From Balanoglossus misakiensis (lineage: Eukaryota > Animalia > Hemichordata), in contig CM082588.2 of NCBI GenBank assembly GCA_040954595.2, positions 1,805,027-1,869,026 of the forward strand: 64,000 nucleotides of DNA, read 5' to 3'. Made by a program: the position numbers and the translations under genes. This document shows, in pieces, positions 1 through 16,651 of this stretch. The notes under the pieces are model-generated. The model worked only from the letters and a program-made list of their open reading frames with translations, did no database searches and was not told the DNA's origin. Position 1 is the stretch's first letter. Each line of letters begins with the position of its first letter.

Positions 1-3000
1 CACCATTCAAACATGGTTTCAGAGTGATATCCGGAAGATGCCATAATGGCTGCCTTGCCGTTGCTATGGAATCAGAACACTAGACACTGGATGTAAAACT
101 ACTGTCTGAGTCGTTTACAACAGTCAGTACTATAGTATCCTTATTCATAATGGAGTTTTGAAACACCGCTAGCCACAGATAACACAGTCCAAACAAAGAA
201 GCTCTGTCTATTGCCAGTATAGAAAGTAATATTAAAAAGTAAATGAAAGTTGCGTGCTTGTGACTTCAGTCATTTTGTTGAATTGTTCTAATCTGGTCTG
301 TTCTGTTTGATCAGACTGTACGCTTGTGAAGTCCATCAGTGAGACGACCTTAGAAACACAGAGAAAAGCACTACATACACAGAGTAGCTGTAGCCCTTTA
401 TGAACTCAGCTACAAAACATCTATGCCGGAGCTCAGCATGGTACTATTGTCAAATTCAAGATGGGAAATTACCACCAGCAGTTCACTGCATCACTCACGC
501 TGCAATGATTGTTAATTCCCAAACGCTAAGTGCTTTAAGTACCACAAATGAGGGCAATGCAAGGGTCTGGGTTTTTCAATGTACCATCCTCCAACACGAA
601 ACAATCAGACTACTTGAAAAGAAGAGTTCGTCACATTCTGAAGTATAGTTGAACCAATAAATTAAATGCTCTCTCCTGCTGTATGGCTACACGTTCGCTC
701 AAAGTACTTTTTTTTATCAAAACACACTTCTTTGACACACAGTGGCCACAGTAGAGTTGCCTGAAAGGACGACTGCATGGAACAACAATAATGAAAGACC
801 TGGCTACTTCAAATCCATGTACCGGTACGTTCGGACAGAAAAAGAGAAAAAAACAACAACACCTTGTCGACTACCTACCAGGGGTATTTCAGCTGCCTGT
901 ATCTCATCTCAGTGTCACGCTGGTCTCTAGGCCAGAATGAACTCTGTTAAACCGTATGTATCCACATGTGATATGCACAAAATATAGAGCAAGTAACGGA
1001 TTCAACCAGATCTCTCCCAATGTGCATGTGTGTAACTCCAACAAGTGTCCTATCGAATTCCGGGTGGGACTTTTTTCCCTCGAACATATAAAACAAAGCC
1101 AGCTATTGTAAAGTCTTTTTATTGATTTCTTCATTAACAATGCCAAAGTTATGTAGTATGCAAATCGGACTTGACGTGACTGCCAGGGCAGACATTGGAC
1201 CGCATTGTGCTTTATTGATCTTTAAATAGATTAGAAAAATCAACTTTTAACTGTGTAGGTACATGTATGCAGCCAGGCTGTTGGACAATTAACATCACAA
1301 TGTGATCATTTCCCGGTTCAAAGACGGAATTTGAAATTTGGAATCTTTTTCATCAAACTTTTTGATTCACAAGAACAAAGAAAGACCTGTAGCTATGAAG
1401 ATCGAAAAGCATATCTGTGATGTAAGATTGGGTCATTGTGTGGTCTGCATGATTTAGCTTTGTCAGCCTGGGTACTATAAAGTAATAGTCATACTTTTGA
1501 CACAAATAGAAGACATTCTGTCAAACTATCCCAGAGCCAATATCATATATGCATGACATATATTATAGCACACTAACTCCATGTCGTACAATTGGACCGC
1601 ACATCCATAATGGAATCCAGGCAACAGGAAATGCAGTCCACTGAAGCATACAAAACAATCTGTCGCCAGGGTAACACCTTCATGACATCTATTTTTAGAA
1701 CAATGACCGCCTGTGCACCATTTCTGGAGAGGATGCTCTTGCTTCATCAGTTAAACATAAACACTCCAAAAGTTACCAAAACAGAGCCATCTCACAGACA
1801 ATTTCATTCATGTCAACAGTCATACATACCGGTAGTTGTACAGTACTTATGGCTCATAGTCATAGACATATGAATACTGTAACATTTCATATGAACTGGA
1901 TAAATTGGCAAGTCCTTTCAACAGACAAGACAGAACTTTGAACTAGATGGAAACAAACCATGTGTAACACAAGTCAGCTTAAATAAAGAAACAACACAAT
2001 CACTGTCCTCAAACATGCTTTACGACATTGCCAAGTACCCCTTTCTTGAAGTACAATGTACCGGTACATTATCCCAAAGATTTATGCAGCTTACAGGAAT
2101 CTGCCATGCTTGAGAAAGCAAACTACAGTTGTCTGTTAGGAATGAATACCTACGAACAATGGCTTCAGAATGATATACGTGTGATGGTGGTGTATTCTGT
2201 GCTTAAACTTTTCCCATGAAATAAAAAGGGCTGTAAGCTCACCCGACGAGTTATGCCAGGCTGTGCAATGCAACCAATTAAGTTTAAGACTTTGTGAATC
2301 TCAATACTTTATCGAGGGAAGACATATAACATTTGAAAATAAAATCTTTTAAGAGAAGAAGCCTGCAATTCCACAAATGGTGTTTTTGAGATGGAATTGA
2401 AAAGAATGTGCAAACACTTACCGGCTGAAATCTCTTGGCCGTTTGATATTCTGTCGTATGGCCAACACGTCTTGCGAGTGATATTTACGTCCCCTCTTCC
2501 CCTTGAGGGGAGTACATCCACAGCTCGTTTTGTTGCCAATCTTGAAAATCTTCACCAGGGACACCAAGTGGAACAAAAAGCGGGAATATTCCCGACCAGT
2601 AAATCCAGGGACACAGCGAATCTCAACTATTGGAAAAGTGTCATTCCCCCTGACAGACACCGGGATCAATTGTCTTCAAGTGATCTACGCACACAGATGT
2701 GGTCGAGGTCAGACTGGTGTCGTCGGCATTTACAAGCGCCGGTGATGACTAACACAATGGTTGCCCCGACAACAAGGCACGAATCTACCAAACTACCACG
2801 TCACTGATGATGGGTACCCCTCCTGACAATGTAACAGGAGTGCGCTAAAATGAGAGGTTTGAATTAATGCTCATCCATTTTTTTAAGTCCTGTGAACTCC
2901 GCGATGTAAACACTCTTTCAACTCTCGGGAAATTCAATGACCTGGCCGTTGTGACTATTTAACTGCGTTGGCTGAGGTTGCGGAATAAAAAAGTGGGCTG

Positions 3001-4620
3001 TTACTGTCCGATAATTACTTCCAATAAAAGCAGACTCGTCAAACAAACATCACACAAACCTAAAAACAAAACAGAAAAAAATGAAAGAATGTCAATTGTG
3101 ATGACATGTTAAAGTGTAATTTCTTTCAATTTAAATGTTTCAATTTTAGTAAAAAGAATTGTTTTCTGACTGAAAGGTAGAATATTAAAACTTGGCAAGC
3201 TGACAAGCTCTTAATCTGATTACATCGTAACTGCTAATCACATTTGGCCAATGCTGTTTCATGCTTATTTCATAAATTTTAGAAAAAATATGTTTATCTT
3301 TCCAAGCATTAATAGTTGTTTTGAACAGAGAAAACTTCTTCCAGAATTTACGACAAAGCTCAAGACCAAAACACATGCCATCGAGACAACTGTATGTAGC
3401 AGGTAATTACATGTGAATATCTTGAAAAGCGGCCAACTTTGACAATAATCAAGGTGAAAGGGACAAGAATCACTCAGGATGTATGTCTGAAACATTCAAT
3501 TGAGCTTGCAGACTCAGACATGGTCATTTTATGCCTCAAAAAATTCTCCTTGGATTCAATTTAGCCTGAGATTACAAATCCCTGCGGCTTGGAAACTGTC
3601 TGTGTTTGACGTTTCTAACATTCACATGGCAAAAGTCTGACATAGCAATAACCATATCAATGACTGAACAAAACAAGTGTCAATGTTATTTGGGTTTTCT
3701 TTCACAGTTTAACATACCACTAGGCAGTAAATATGCATCATGAAAGTTGAGATTCTCGAGGTAAATCTTTGATTGAATTTTTCCTTGCTCATTCAACATT
3801 TTTCATGCTCTTACTTTAAAAAAATCACTTTCAAAACTAGATCATTTATTTGACCTGAAGTACTTCACATTCCTCCCATACACATATTAAGTTCATTGTC
3901 TTCCAAAGATGATACACATATTCTGAAGGGTATCAAATTAATCTGGACTGGCAAAATGAGATATGCCAGACATTTCTCTATGAAAAAATGACCTTGTCTG
4001 TGACAATTTCTGTCAGTGAGGCAAAAATTTGACCTCATTGTAGGGTGAAGGTGCATGACCTTAAATATCAGTCATTGCTCACGTTATTTCGTGTGAGGAT
4101 AAATTTGTAATATTCAGGGAGACTGCCGAACAAAAAGTGACTGCATATATGACCGGCCCAGCTGACAGTAGAATCACTGACTGCCTGAGAGTTCAGCAGT
4201 CGCCATTAAGATATTTAACTACATGTATGTAGGCGAGCACTTTATACTGCGGTTGCCAGATACGATAGTGGAGAGATCCACTACCCAACAGCTGTTGGTG
4301 ATTGATGTGTGACAGCGTATTATATTATAGATGATACAAACACACACTGCGTTGGGTCACTGCCTGGGCTGGCAGAAACCATATGCTATGTTTGCTGATG
4401 TAACACATGCTTGCATCACACCGTACAGTGTTTCATCTGAACAGGGAGATTTGGGGATTCAACCTCTGTTGGCAATTTGTCAGAGGGGTGACCTTAGGGC
4501 CACATGATGCCAGTCTCTTTATCTAGGAAAGAGGGATGATAGTGCCCCTCTCCCCATTCTGAATGATGAAACACTGTATCAGATGCATATGATATTATGG
4601 ATATAATAGTTGTTACTTAC

Positions 4621-5036
4621 ATGTACATGTACTGTGGGTGAGCACCACCGTTAGCATATGCTGTGCCTGTGTTAAACTTCACTTTGTATCCTGGGATAAA
4701 AAATGGAAGAACAGAAAAGTGAGTTGACGTTGATGACTGACCGAGCCAGTTTTGTCTCCATGTCAACAAGTGATGATCAAGAACAGCAGCTTATGAGCGA
4801 CACCAACAATGATGTTACCACGGAAATATATTAAAAATAAAAGAGACTGTTGAGGAATGAACCATCAGGTGTAAGAGTCAATCACTGATCATAAAATGTC
4901 CATGAACAAATGAGAGAAAATGGAACAAAAATCCTGGAAATTGAGACCAAAACAAAATGGCAACAGCTTGACTTATCTCATTTGCAAGGACTTACCATAA
5001 TCATTTTGTAATATATGGATATAGACAGCCTTCTTT
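4621..5036 (-). other. Two candidate small exons (4996-5036, 4621-4690) of an unidentified minus-strand gene running off the left edge
   Basis: Both end in GTAAGT donors. The 4690 acceptor has a long polypyrimidine tract ending ccag; the 5036 acceptor is weak. Joined, they keep one frame open (KKAVYIHILQNDY/GYKVKFNTGTAYANGGAHPQYMY). No family recognised; they may be UTR exons. Confidence 0.3.
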
Positions 5037-6976
5037 CTGTATACAATTTCACTGGATCAACAGTGAGCAATGCTTACATGTTGCCACAGCAACAATATTG
5101 TATTCTGACACAAAAACTTTTCAACCAAACACAAATCTCTTAAAAGTCATCCTCGGTTGGATTAACTGTGCTTGATTCCGATATTGATTCGGGGCGGACC
5201 ATATCCACATATTTTCGCAGCCCTCATGTAGATAACTTTATCAGCTTCAAGCCAGTGATCCAGCTCTTTAATTGGTTGACATTAGATTGCAGATACCTAA
5301 TCTGTTTACACATACTTCAAGCCAGGGACAAGCTTCCTGTCTTACGCACTCTTACTCTCACATTATGCCCAATGGCCATGACGTTGTTATGCCACAAATT
5401 TGAATTCTTTATCTAGACAAGAGGGGTTGGGTTTATCGCTATCACTCTGGGTTCAGTGGAGAGATGTCAAATTAGCACAGTTAATAAATTCTTCCCACAA
5501 AATAACAGTGTTTTTCACACTTTTTCTAGTGTTTTTAAAAATGCAATTACTCATTTCAAAACCCACAGAAATGTTTTGGAAGAACTGACCAGAAAAATCA
5601 CCAGATGTATTTCATCTTTTAAAAAATGACAGCTGACCATGCCTGCTGTGTTCATAAAGTGATACACTTGAACTTTCCTCTCAAGTCAAGTTGGAAATTA
5701 CTACGCATGGAATCTCAATCATGTCCCTACAAAACTGTAGTACATGTATTACCACCAATTACCAGTCATGACAATTGAGGATGAGGAGATACCCGAATAC
5801 CAGAGAAGCCTTTTCTGCCTTCCTTGTATGTGTGACACAGCCCATATCAACACAAAATGTGCAAAGTACAATTTAACGACACACTTAAGTGTCCTTTGCT
5901 TCTGCCACTAAAAAGACTTTATAGCTTGGAGTTCGATGAGATAAACTGAGAACAGGGTCTATCAAGGCCAGGTACTTTTCCTGCACAAGTTTTGGCCATC
6001 AAAATGTTATAACCAGGCCATTAAAGGATTATCGCTCACTAAGTGGCTTATTGTATGTTGGCCTGAGAAACTCAAGCAAATTATTTCCAGACATGGAATC
6101 CCGATTTCCAATATTCAACCAATAGTATGAACGTTTGACGAAAACGTATGAGATCTTTCCTAGAAGTGTATAATCCCAGCGAAAATGATGGGAAATCCGA
6201 AAGAAAATACCAAGTGGACTTGCACTGTTTTGAACCACGGCCAATTTCAGTTACCTGAAGCATGAGCAACTTCAATCAGCTATTCTTTTCATGAAACAAT
6301 AGCTGACATAACATTTACCTAACATTTATGACACACATTAATACCTTGGTTGGGTTTGTGTGAACCAAACTATTAATTGTCTTCCATGGTCAGATAATAC
6401 CTTTGCCATCAGCAAAATAATGTCATTGCCATTTTATGTATCATTACACTGATCTTCTCAGTACTTTACTGAAGACAAGAATTCCTCAATGTCCAGTCAA
6501 GTCAAAAGTAATACCACCTAAAACAATAACTGAGACTGCTATCTGCCCATGCTGTATCTCATTCCCACTACCGACAACTTACAAAAAAGTTACTCCAACC
6601 AAAAAATTGTAAACTCCACAACAAGATTACAGACAGCACACTAACCTGTTATATGTGAGTGAAGCAAGTTGTTCGACCACAATGAACACTATGTACAATC
6701 CTGTGATGAACAAAGTGTAGACTGTCACCCTGAAGAGCTCCTCTAGAAGTGTCTCTGAAGTTGAATGAATCAATCTTTTGTTGCACAGGGCGACTGTCCA
6801 GACACTTTGTGCCAAAACAGAGTCAGTTCAATCACCCTCAATTTCTTTTATTGCTGTTATCCGGACGGACAAGTGTCAGCATGTTTGCTCGTTGTCACGC
6901 ACTCCACTTCACTCCAGCGCGACCTTTCCAATTCCCAGTCGCGATCGCTCTCTCCGACAAACCATCAAACAACCCT

Positions 6977-6990
6977 GTTGCTATGACAAC
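6977..6990. promoter_or_regulatory. RFX X-box-like motif GTTGCTATGACAAC
   Basis: 14-bp near-palindrome matching the X-box consensus, beside a CpG-richer patch (6855-6960). Confidence 0.5.
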
Positions 6991-9909
6991 ACCGGGTCAT
7001 GTGATGGGATAGAGTATCAGCATGCCAATCATGCGAAACACGCCACATCAGGGCATGTATACATAAAATGGCAGCATATGGTGTAGATATACAGTTGTAA
7101 TATCACACAAACAAGAACAGAACAATGCGGAGGATTTTTTCTCACTGACATTTGACATTCATCCATATACGCCTCACTGTAATGACTCAAACCCAGAATT
7201 CATCAAATTATAATGATGGAAATTCCTGTCTGTAACATATACTGGTATTCAATATATTGTAGTTTATTCTCGCTATCATTTTTTAAAGTAGAACTCATTG
7301 TATTTACATATATATGTATTCTGATTTAAACATGATATGAACTCTGTTTTAAATGGTTCAATAAAGCCTACACATCAATGTGGTATAGAATATAGATAAA
7401 ATTTTGACGTACAATTTAGGAGAGAAATTGTTCAAAGCAAATATGAGGTTCAAAAATGTTGGTTGGTTTATTTGAATACCTGCAATTTTATCAACAGAAC
7501 TTGAAATATCATATCATCATATTCCGCGTAAATCCCAAAAGCAAATATACCAGTAAAGTAAACTACAGCAGGATTTAATGCTGGTGGAAATTTATAATGT
7601 TGTAAACTGCTCCGACATTTGACCCCCACAGGCTGATCTCTGAGGAAGATGTATGGCACTAATAGGCTTTATAGCTGACCATTTTGTTCATGCATAACTT
7701 CAAAACTTGTCATGCATGTGAGTGTCTGTGTTTTATCAGTCTAACGATGAGTGATCATGGGAATGTCTGTTGTTGTTTTCTGTTCATCTTTACATAAATC
7801 TGGACCCGGATCAATGCTAGATGTATCAACTATCTCACCTGCTGGTAGACAAAAAAAGTTAACTCTGTAAAGTAACCAGACCTAACAAAAGTCTAGAGTT
7901 TTATCTTTATTCCCAAGGAGTCCCCACCCAATTAACGTCTATTATGCTTGAAGACTGAAGCAGTTTCCTTGGAATGTTTCAATGAGAAGAATGTAACCCT
8001 GACACCACACAATAGCTCACTAAATGTAAAAGGCCATTTTGGGGGCCATTGTACCTGTGCTGAAATTACAAAAACTTGGTACAGGTGCCAGTCTGGGAAC
8101 CACTTGAAATGACAAAGTTCATATATCTACATTCTTCCATCGAATTACTTGTACCGGTACGTGACACATCAGTGATGTATGACAAGTGACAAATTCTCCT
8201 TGTATCATCAGCAATAAACAAAGAAAGTATAAAAGACCCTTTCATGTCCGTCTTACACCTGAATGGGTGGCACCACCCACCGCCAATCATTTAGTCCCTG
8301 ATTCAAATTCTTAACCTTCTTACAGAAAGTTAGAAACCACGTTTGGAATTCACTTACTAAGTACTGACAAAACTGATCCCTAACAGAAAGACTCGGAGCA
8401 GAACATCCACAATACAAAGGCAACAATAGGATCACCACAAATGGAGATATATTCCATCTCCTCTGTGGCCTTAATCTGTTCCGGATGATTTAGGAGCCCC
8501 TCTTTTTAGTGTCATTTCCACATTCCATGAATTCCACTTTAAACAGCCATACTCTGTGGTCTGCAGTCATATATCACAATTTGAACTTTATTTCCCGGGC
8601 AACTGTTAACACTTTGCAGAAAGTAATATCTGACAGCAAAAGTCTTAAATTCAATCTGCTCAGTATAAAATTACATGTAAAATAAGATCATGCATTTAAT
8701 CTCTATCAGGGCAGTCACCTGTCATATTGCCTACATGCGGCCCACACATCTCAATTTTTCTCTGGCATGTTCTCTGATACCATCGAATCATCATGTGCTA
8801 CACATGTTGACTGGACAGTGTTTTATACCATCTGCCCATAATGCTGACAGTGTACAATTCAGCCTTTACAAGTTATATAAATATTTCCCAACAGTAGTAA
8901 CACTCTTTAACATATACAATTCATGCAGAGATCATTGTTGGAAAATATAAAAAAAATCCAATCATCACTTCAACTTCAGAACATCCGTGTATTTTCTTGT
9001 TTTGATTGCTGGTTCTAGGAAACTCTGAGTGGCCACAACTGTTTAGTTTTCTTACTTTATTTTGTTTTCTCTATTAATGACGTGTTACACACTTCTCTAT
9101 AATCATTTGGGTGGTGTTCAGTATCACCAGAGATGTATTGGGTTAAGGTATCGTTTCCAATACATCATGTCCAGATATCAGATAACACTCTAATCTATAA
9201 TTATACCAGCACCACTTTTTTCTGTTATTCAGGTCTATTCATAAACTCTGGTTTCTACACGAAAATTCTCTTGTCGTTTTCAGTAGCAGAACAGCAGAAG
9301 CAGTGACAGTAAAGATGGAGTCTATTTCTACAACAGATTTTAATCAGATTGGACATATATACAATTGGTAAAAAGGGAGTCTAGCGAGCTGGAAGTTGTT
9401 GGCTTTTAGCCGGAGGTGTTGTTTTTCAACATAACCATCGTAGGCTAGTCGAATGCTACGCCAACACAGTACATTACACCGCTGGGTGTGGGTTCGTTAA
9501 TGTGTTAATGCGTTGATGCGTAACACTGGTAGCTACCAGTGCGTTTATCCTCAGAGATGGGTCGATAACATTAACACCTAAGGACAGTTATCCGCCTTCA
9601 TGTTTACAAGTCGATGCCGTCTTTGACACATCTATAAGTTTGAATTTAAAACAATACACGCGACAGGTGCGCATACTACAGCGACGATTCAGTTCTATTA
9701 CTTTTCGAGCGGCGACTCCGGATCATATGCAACAAGCAGGCAGAGAGTGCCGTGCACAGTCCACTCTGCTCGTGTTAAAGGCAAACTGATCGAAGCACCG
9801 TTGCGCAAACATGGTTAAAGGGGTTGCTATTAACACTGAATATCCGATAAGATAAGATCTATGTCATCAATGAAGTGTTTGTTAATGTAAACAGTGGCAA
9901 AATTCTCAC

Positions 9910-10030
9910 CTTTACACCCATTAACACGTCTACCAGTCCTCCATCATTTTCTGATAACCGCCTTCAAAGGGCTAATGTAATAATCGTTTCCATTGGCTTA
10001 GCAGTTGAAGTACGCTGATTCTGATTGGTT
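9910..10030 (-). promoter_or_regulatory. Probable promoter and non-coding first exon of the unidentified minus-strand gene
   Basis: Minus strand has two CCAAT boxes (attgg at ~9993 and ~10024), then a short stretch ending in the donor AAG|GTGAGA at ~9909. Confidence 0.4.
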
Positions 10031-11401
10031 CTTTCTTTAGTGGTATTTACTTTGTTATTTATGCAGCTGTAACACTGAAAGCAGCACAAAATAGCCCAAA
10101 ACCCTAATCGCACCCTCATAAATGTCGATAAAGTTAATAAAAAACTTCCTAGAATCCTTCGTCCGTGTACTATTTCTACAAAAGAGTCCAAATTACGTTG
10201 GTGTTTGACTCCCAGTCCTGTAAAGTGTAAACCTCATTATGCAAATGAAACACAGACTTTCAAAGAACTTGAAAGCCAGGGTTATTTCATTTTATCATTT
10301 ATTTATTATGATTAAAGACTATTTATGCACACAAAACAGTGAAGTAAACAAACACTGACAAACTATAGATGAGCGTCTATGATCTAACATATAAATACTC
10401 ATTTCTATTTTACGTTTTCAAGTTCCATTGCAAGACTTGGGTGGGGTCATGTTATGGGCGTGTGATCGATGGAAAAGAAATTATACCGGGGTTTTATGCT
10501 CTGACCTCTTATTTATTGTATGAAAAGACAGGTTTGTAGCAGAACGTGACCTTGGGGAACAAAAATGAGGCGCACAACAACCGAACAAACGAGGGATGCG
10601 TTTGAAGTAGTCTTGTAGTTTATTCCCCGAACATGGCAAAAAATACAGATATTTTGCATGAAAGCATTTGTTGAGTGAAAAGAATTGCATTCGAATATTG
10701 TTAGTGAAAACATAGACAGTACTATGAACTTTTGCAAAATCACAAACACAGCACGTGTATTCATTATTCACAAAACAACTTCTTTTGAAATGTATTAAAG
10801 GGTTTAGCAAGCACACACGTTGGACCGAGTAAATTTCTTTTTTATTTTTAGCATCCAAGCCAGTCATTCATATAAAATTTCACAGTAAATTCCTTACATC
10901 ATTATTGCAATGTAAAATCACAGATACCCTGGCCGATGTCCTGTATTGAAAGACCATGAAATTTCACCGCAGAAACGAGTGCAAAAGCGACCTTCTTAGT
11001 TGAACTGTAGAGGGCGCTAACACCTTCTTCAGATCTGCAAACCATGTCTTGCAGACACACCAAAAGAAGGCCGGGCACTAAATATGTTCATTGATAAATG
11101 GAGGTAAAAAGCTTGATCCAACACAATTGACTTGACTAAATAAGTACATTTACACAGAATTACTGATAAATAATCTTCAAACGACTGAGCCAACGGACCC
11201 CATATGCATTCAAAACTTTGTGATAGATAACAAGTCTGTCTCCATAATTTCAATCAAGGTTTCCTCAATACTTGAAGCAAAGTCAGCAAATATGTCTTTG
11301 CTATCTGGAAATTTGAGGTATTTTCTTTACAAATATTTACAAATTGATAAGAAATGTAAGAAGCTCTTCATGTGCCTTGCAACGACACTTGTTGTGATCA
11401 G

Positions 11402-12558
11402 TTAGCGTTTCTGACTGGATCGGATTTGATCTGTAAGAAAAGAAACAAGAAAAAGTGAGAATTTGAACACGATCACACATATAAATGGTGATTATCTACC
11501 ACAGGGCTAACCTAATGTCAGCCTAGTGCCGGCTAATCAGAAAAGAACCCAGTATATACAGTTACCTGTAAGCCACTCAACTCCTTCATGTAAGCCCTCG
11601 CCAGTAAGTGCATTGCTGGCACATATATGCCAGGGTTTGTTGGAGATAGTTTCTAGCCCCATCATGCTGGACACCTTGACTGAAGACAGCGCGTCTCTAA
11701 GGTCCATCTTGTTTGCAAAGAATAGCACGGGTAATCTTCTGTTTTTAATGTCTGGAAAGGAATTCAGTCACAGGTTAAATAGGAAGGTGATATCTCTTGC
11801 AAAGAGTGGTTACTGAGATCTATCAGCAAAACATTGTCAAAATTACAGAGTATTGAATTATCTCACCTTGATGAGCCAATAATTGATCTAATTCGTCCTT
11901 CGCTACAACCATACGCAGCTTGTCACAGCTGTCAATTACAAAAATTATGGCTTGTGCATCTCTGTGTAAGGGAAAGAGAGAAAATGCATTTAATGAAGTC
12001 CCATTGTCTTGATAAGAATGGTCGGGTTTTGGCACTTTAATAAACTTTTGTTGATTGATTGAATGATTGATCAGACAGCATGCCCTGTACGGTCAAGCTT
12101 GTCTAAATGTGGTGCATGGTTTACTTACTTATAATAATGTTCCCAAAGATTCCTATATCTTCCTTGTCCTGACATGTCAAACACTGTGAAGGACAATGCT
12201 GATGAGGCAAACTTTTCCACTGAAAAGCCAATAGTTGGTACAATGTCTTCATATTGTGCCTGAAAATGTGAAATTTAACATATTGTCAACGGAGTACAAG
12301 TTTGCAGCAGGCCATATAAGTTTTGAACAGTGCTACCCACCATTACATTGGTAGGCGTTGTCACCTTATATGGTTTCCTTGGTAACAAACATGTGTACAG
12401 TGGACAGAGCTACGTTGTTTGTTATGCATACTTACGTCTTTTGGTTTGAGCTGGTTAATGATCGTTGTTTTGCCACTATTATCAAGTCCAATAGTTAGGA
12501 CGTGAACCTCCTTCTTTTTGAATCCCAGCCATGCCGCTAACTTGTCAAGAAGACCCAT
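11402..12558 (-). CDS. ARL6: ADP-ribosylation factor-like GTPase 6 (BBS3), 5 coding exons: 12558-12436, 12259-12129, 11961-11867, 11751-11566, 11430-11402
   Basis: Spliced translation [103 protein letters not shown]. The DMSGQGRY motif is diagnostic of ARL6. All introns are GT-AG and in phase. Confidence 0.96.
12373..12386. promoter_or_regulatory. RFX X-box GTTTCCTTGGTAAC in ARL6 intron 1
   Basis: Matches the X-box consensus; BBS genes are established RFX targets. Confidence 0.6.
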
Positions 12559-15018
<2,460 letters not shown>

Positions 15019-15316
15019 CAGAGAGTTCACTTTTGGAGCAAATAATGTACAATAATCTGCAAGGGGAGATGCAATGTACAGCTTAGCCTTTGTGTTCTTT
15101 TTGTTTTTAATAAACAGTTCTTTTGCCACAGAAAATATTAATGATCTCTTGACTTGTTTATTTGTATAGAAATGGTTAATCGTTTGTTTCAGTCTTTCCT
15201 TGAAGAATTATATGATGGCACATGTCACTTTATATTAAATTTATCTTGTTATTGAAATCATTGCCATTCAATATTTTGTCAAACGTTTTATGAGAAACTA
15301 ACACCCGTCTATAATA

Positions 15317-15330
15317 ATCGCCATGGTAAC
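15317..15330. promoter_or_regulatory. RFX X-box ATCGCCATGGTAAC upstream of paralog 1
   Basis: Reverse complement is GTTACCATGGCGAT. It lies ~450 bp before a non-coding exon donor AAG|GTAAGA at ~15774. Confidence 0.6.
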
Positions 15331-16651
15331 GCCATTGATATTTTACTGCATCATGCGGCGGGGTACATTGTTTCGTTTATGTCCGCTTATCGTTGGAGAA
15401 TAGTGCAGTGATTATTACCGAACATAAACCGGACCATCTCCCACCTGACTGTCGCTTTTCAAGCAGCTGGTCATCAAAATAGGGCTGCATTGTTTGCAAA
15501 CTATCACCGATGTTGCTAAGAATGTGGTCATAAACGAGAAACAATAGTGCTTTTGATCGATCGGCACGATACAGTCCATCCGAGAGCCATCAGAGACCAA
15601 ACAACCGAAGAGTTTGCCAGTGTGACTGCGCGGCCAATTTTGTCCGCGTATAGTGGTGATTTCGATTTTGCGTTGCACACAGACTTTTAGTGCTGTCCGC
15701 AGCTGAATCTATTCTAAGTGAGGTTTACCGCACCAGTTGGCCAATTCCGAAGTGAAAATGTCGACCGAATAAGGTAAGAGCAAACTCATAACTTCGACAC
15801 CTCGTTTTATTGATGAATCATTCTGCGGAGGCGGTTTATAGATGTGGACGCAAACATTCGTCACTGACTCGCCTAACCAAAACGTACAAAGCGAAACTTC
15901 TTACGGTCGGGACTGTGGCGTGACCACCGAAAAAATCTTGAATGTTAAAATATACAGACTTTTCCTTTCTACGATTTACTTCGTTCTCCTGGGACGATCT
16001 CTTGATCGTCCTCTGACGCAATGTACTGACCAACAACAAAGAATTGGCCAGAAAATGACATCTGAAGTTTTAGTCCAGCTATCCATCACTCATGAAAATA
16101 TACAGTACAATTGAACTTTACCAATACGTGGCTAAGTACATCAGTGTTGCCTCTCTTCAATTTCCGAAGTTTGGTAAATATCTGAGAGTGACCTAACAGC
16201 TCAAATTATCTGAAGATGTCGTCTGTTTACGCGAAGTATTTGAATGTAACTGTCTTTTTACGAGACTTGAAGACAAAGGCGCCCATTAATGCACTCTTTT
16301 CACTTTCATCGCCACATCGATGACTAATAGTCTGCAGTTTGAGCAAAGCAAACAAGTACGTTTTAAAATTTATCGAAAAACACTCAAAGACCTTTATCAT
16401 CCAGAATTCCATTGTGTTTGTTTACATTATTGGTACCAAACTGTATTATAAATGTTGCTTTTTCCGTTTTCAAGTGGAATTTCAGGTTGATTTTTCATTA
16501 CGAACTGTGAGAGAAGTTCTACGATGTACTGAGGAGCTCGCTATGTTGCATTAGGAGTGCTCCGAGATGATAGATTTTCGATGACACACAACCTGAATTT
16601 TCCTTCTGGTGGAAAGTGAAAGTTAGGCCAAAATCCCCCAAAACAACAACC

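Noticed and set aside
2391-2807. 138-aa ORF
   Set aside because: No recognisable domain or exon structure; overlapping ORFs in several frames suggest a chance open region
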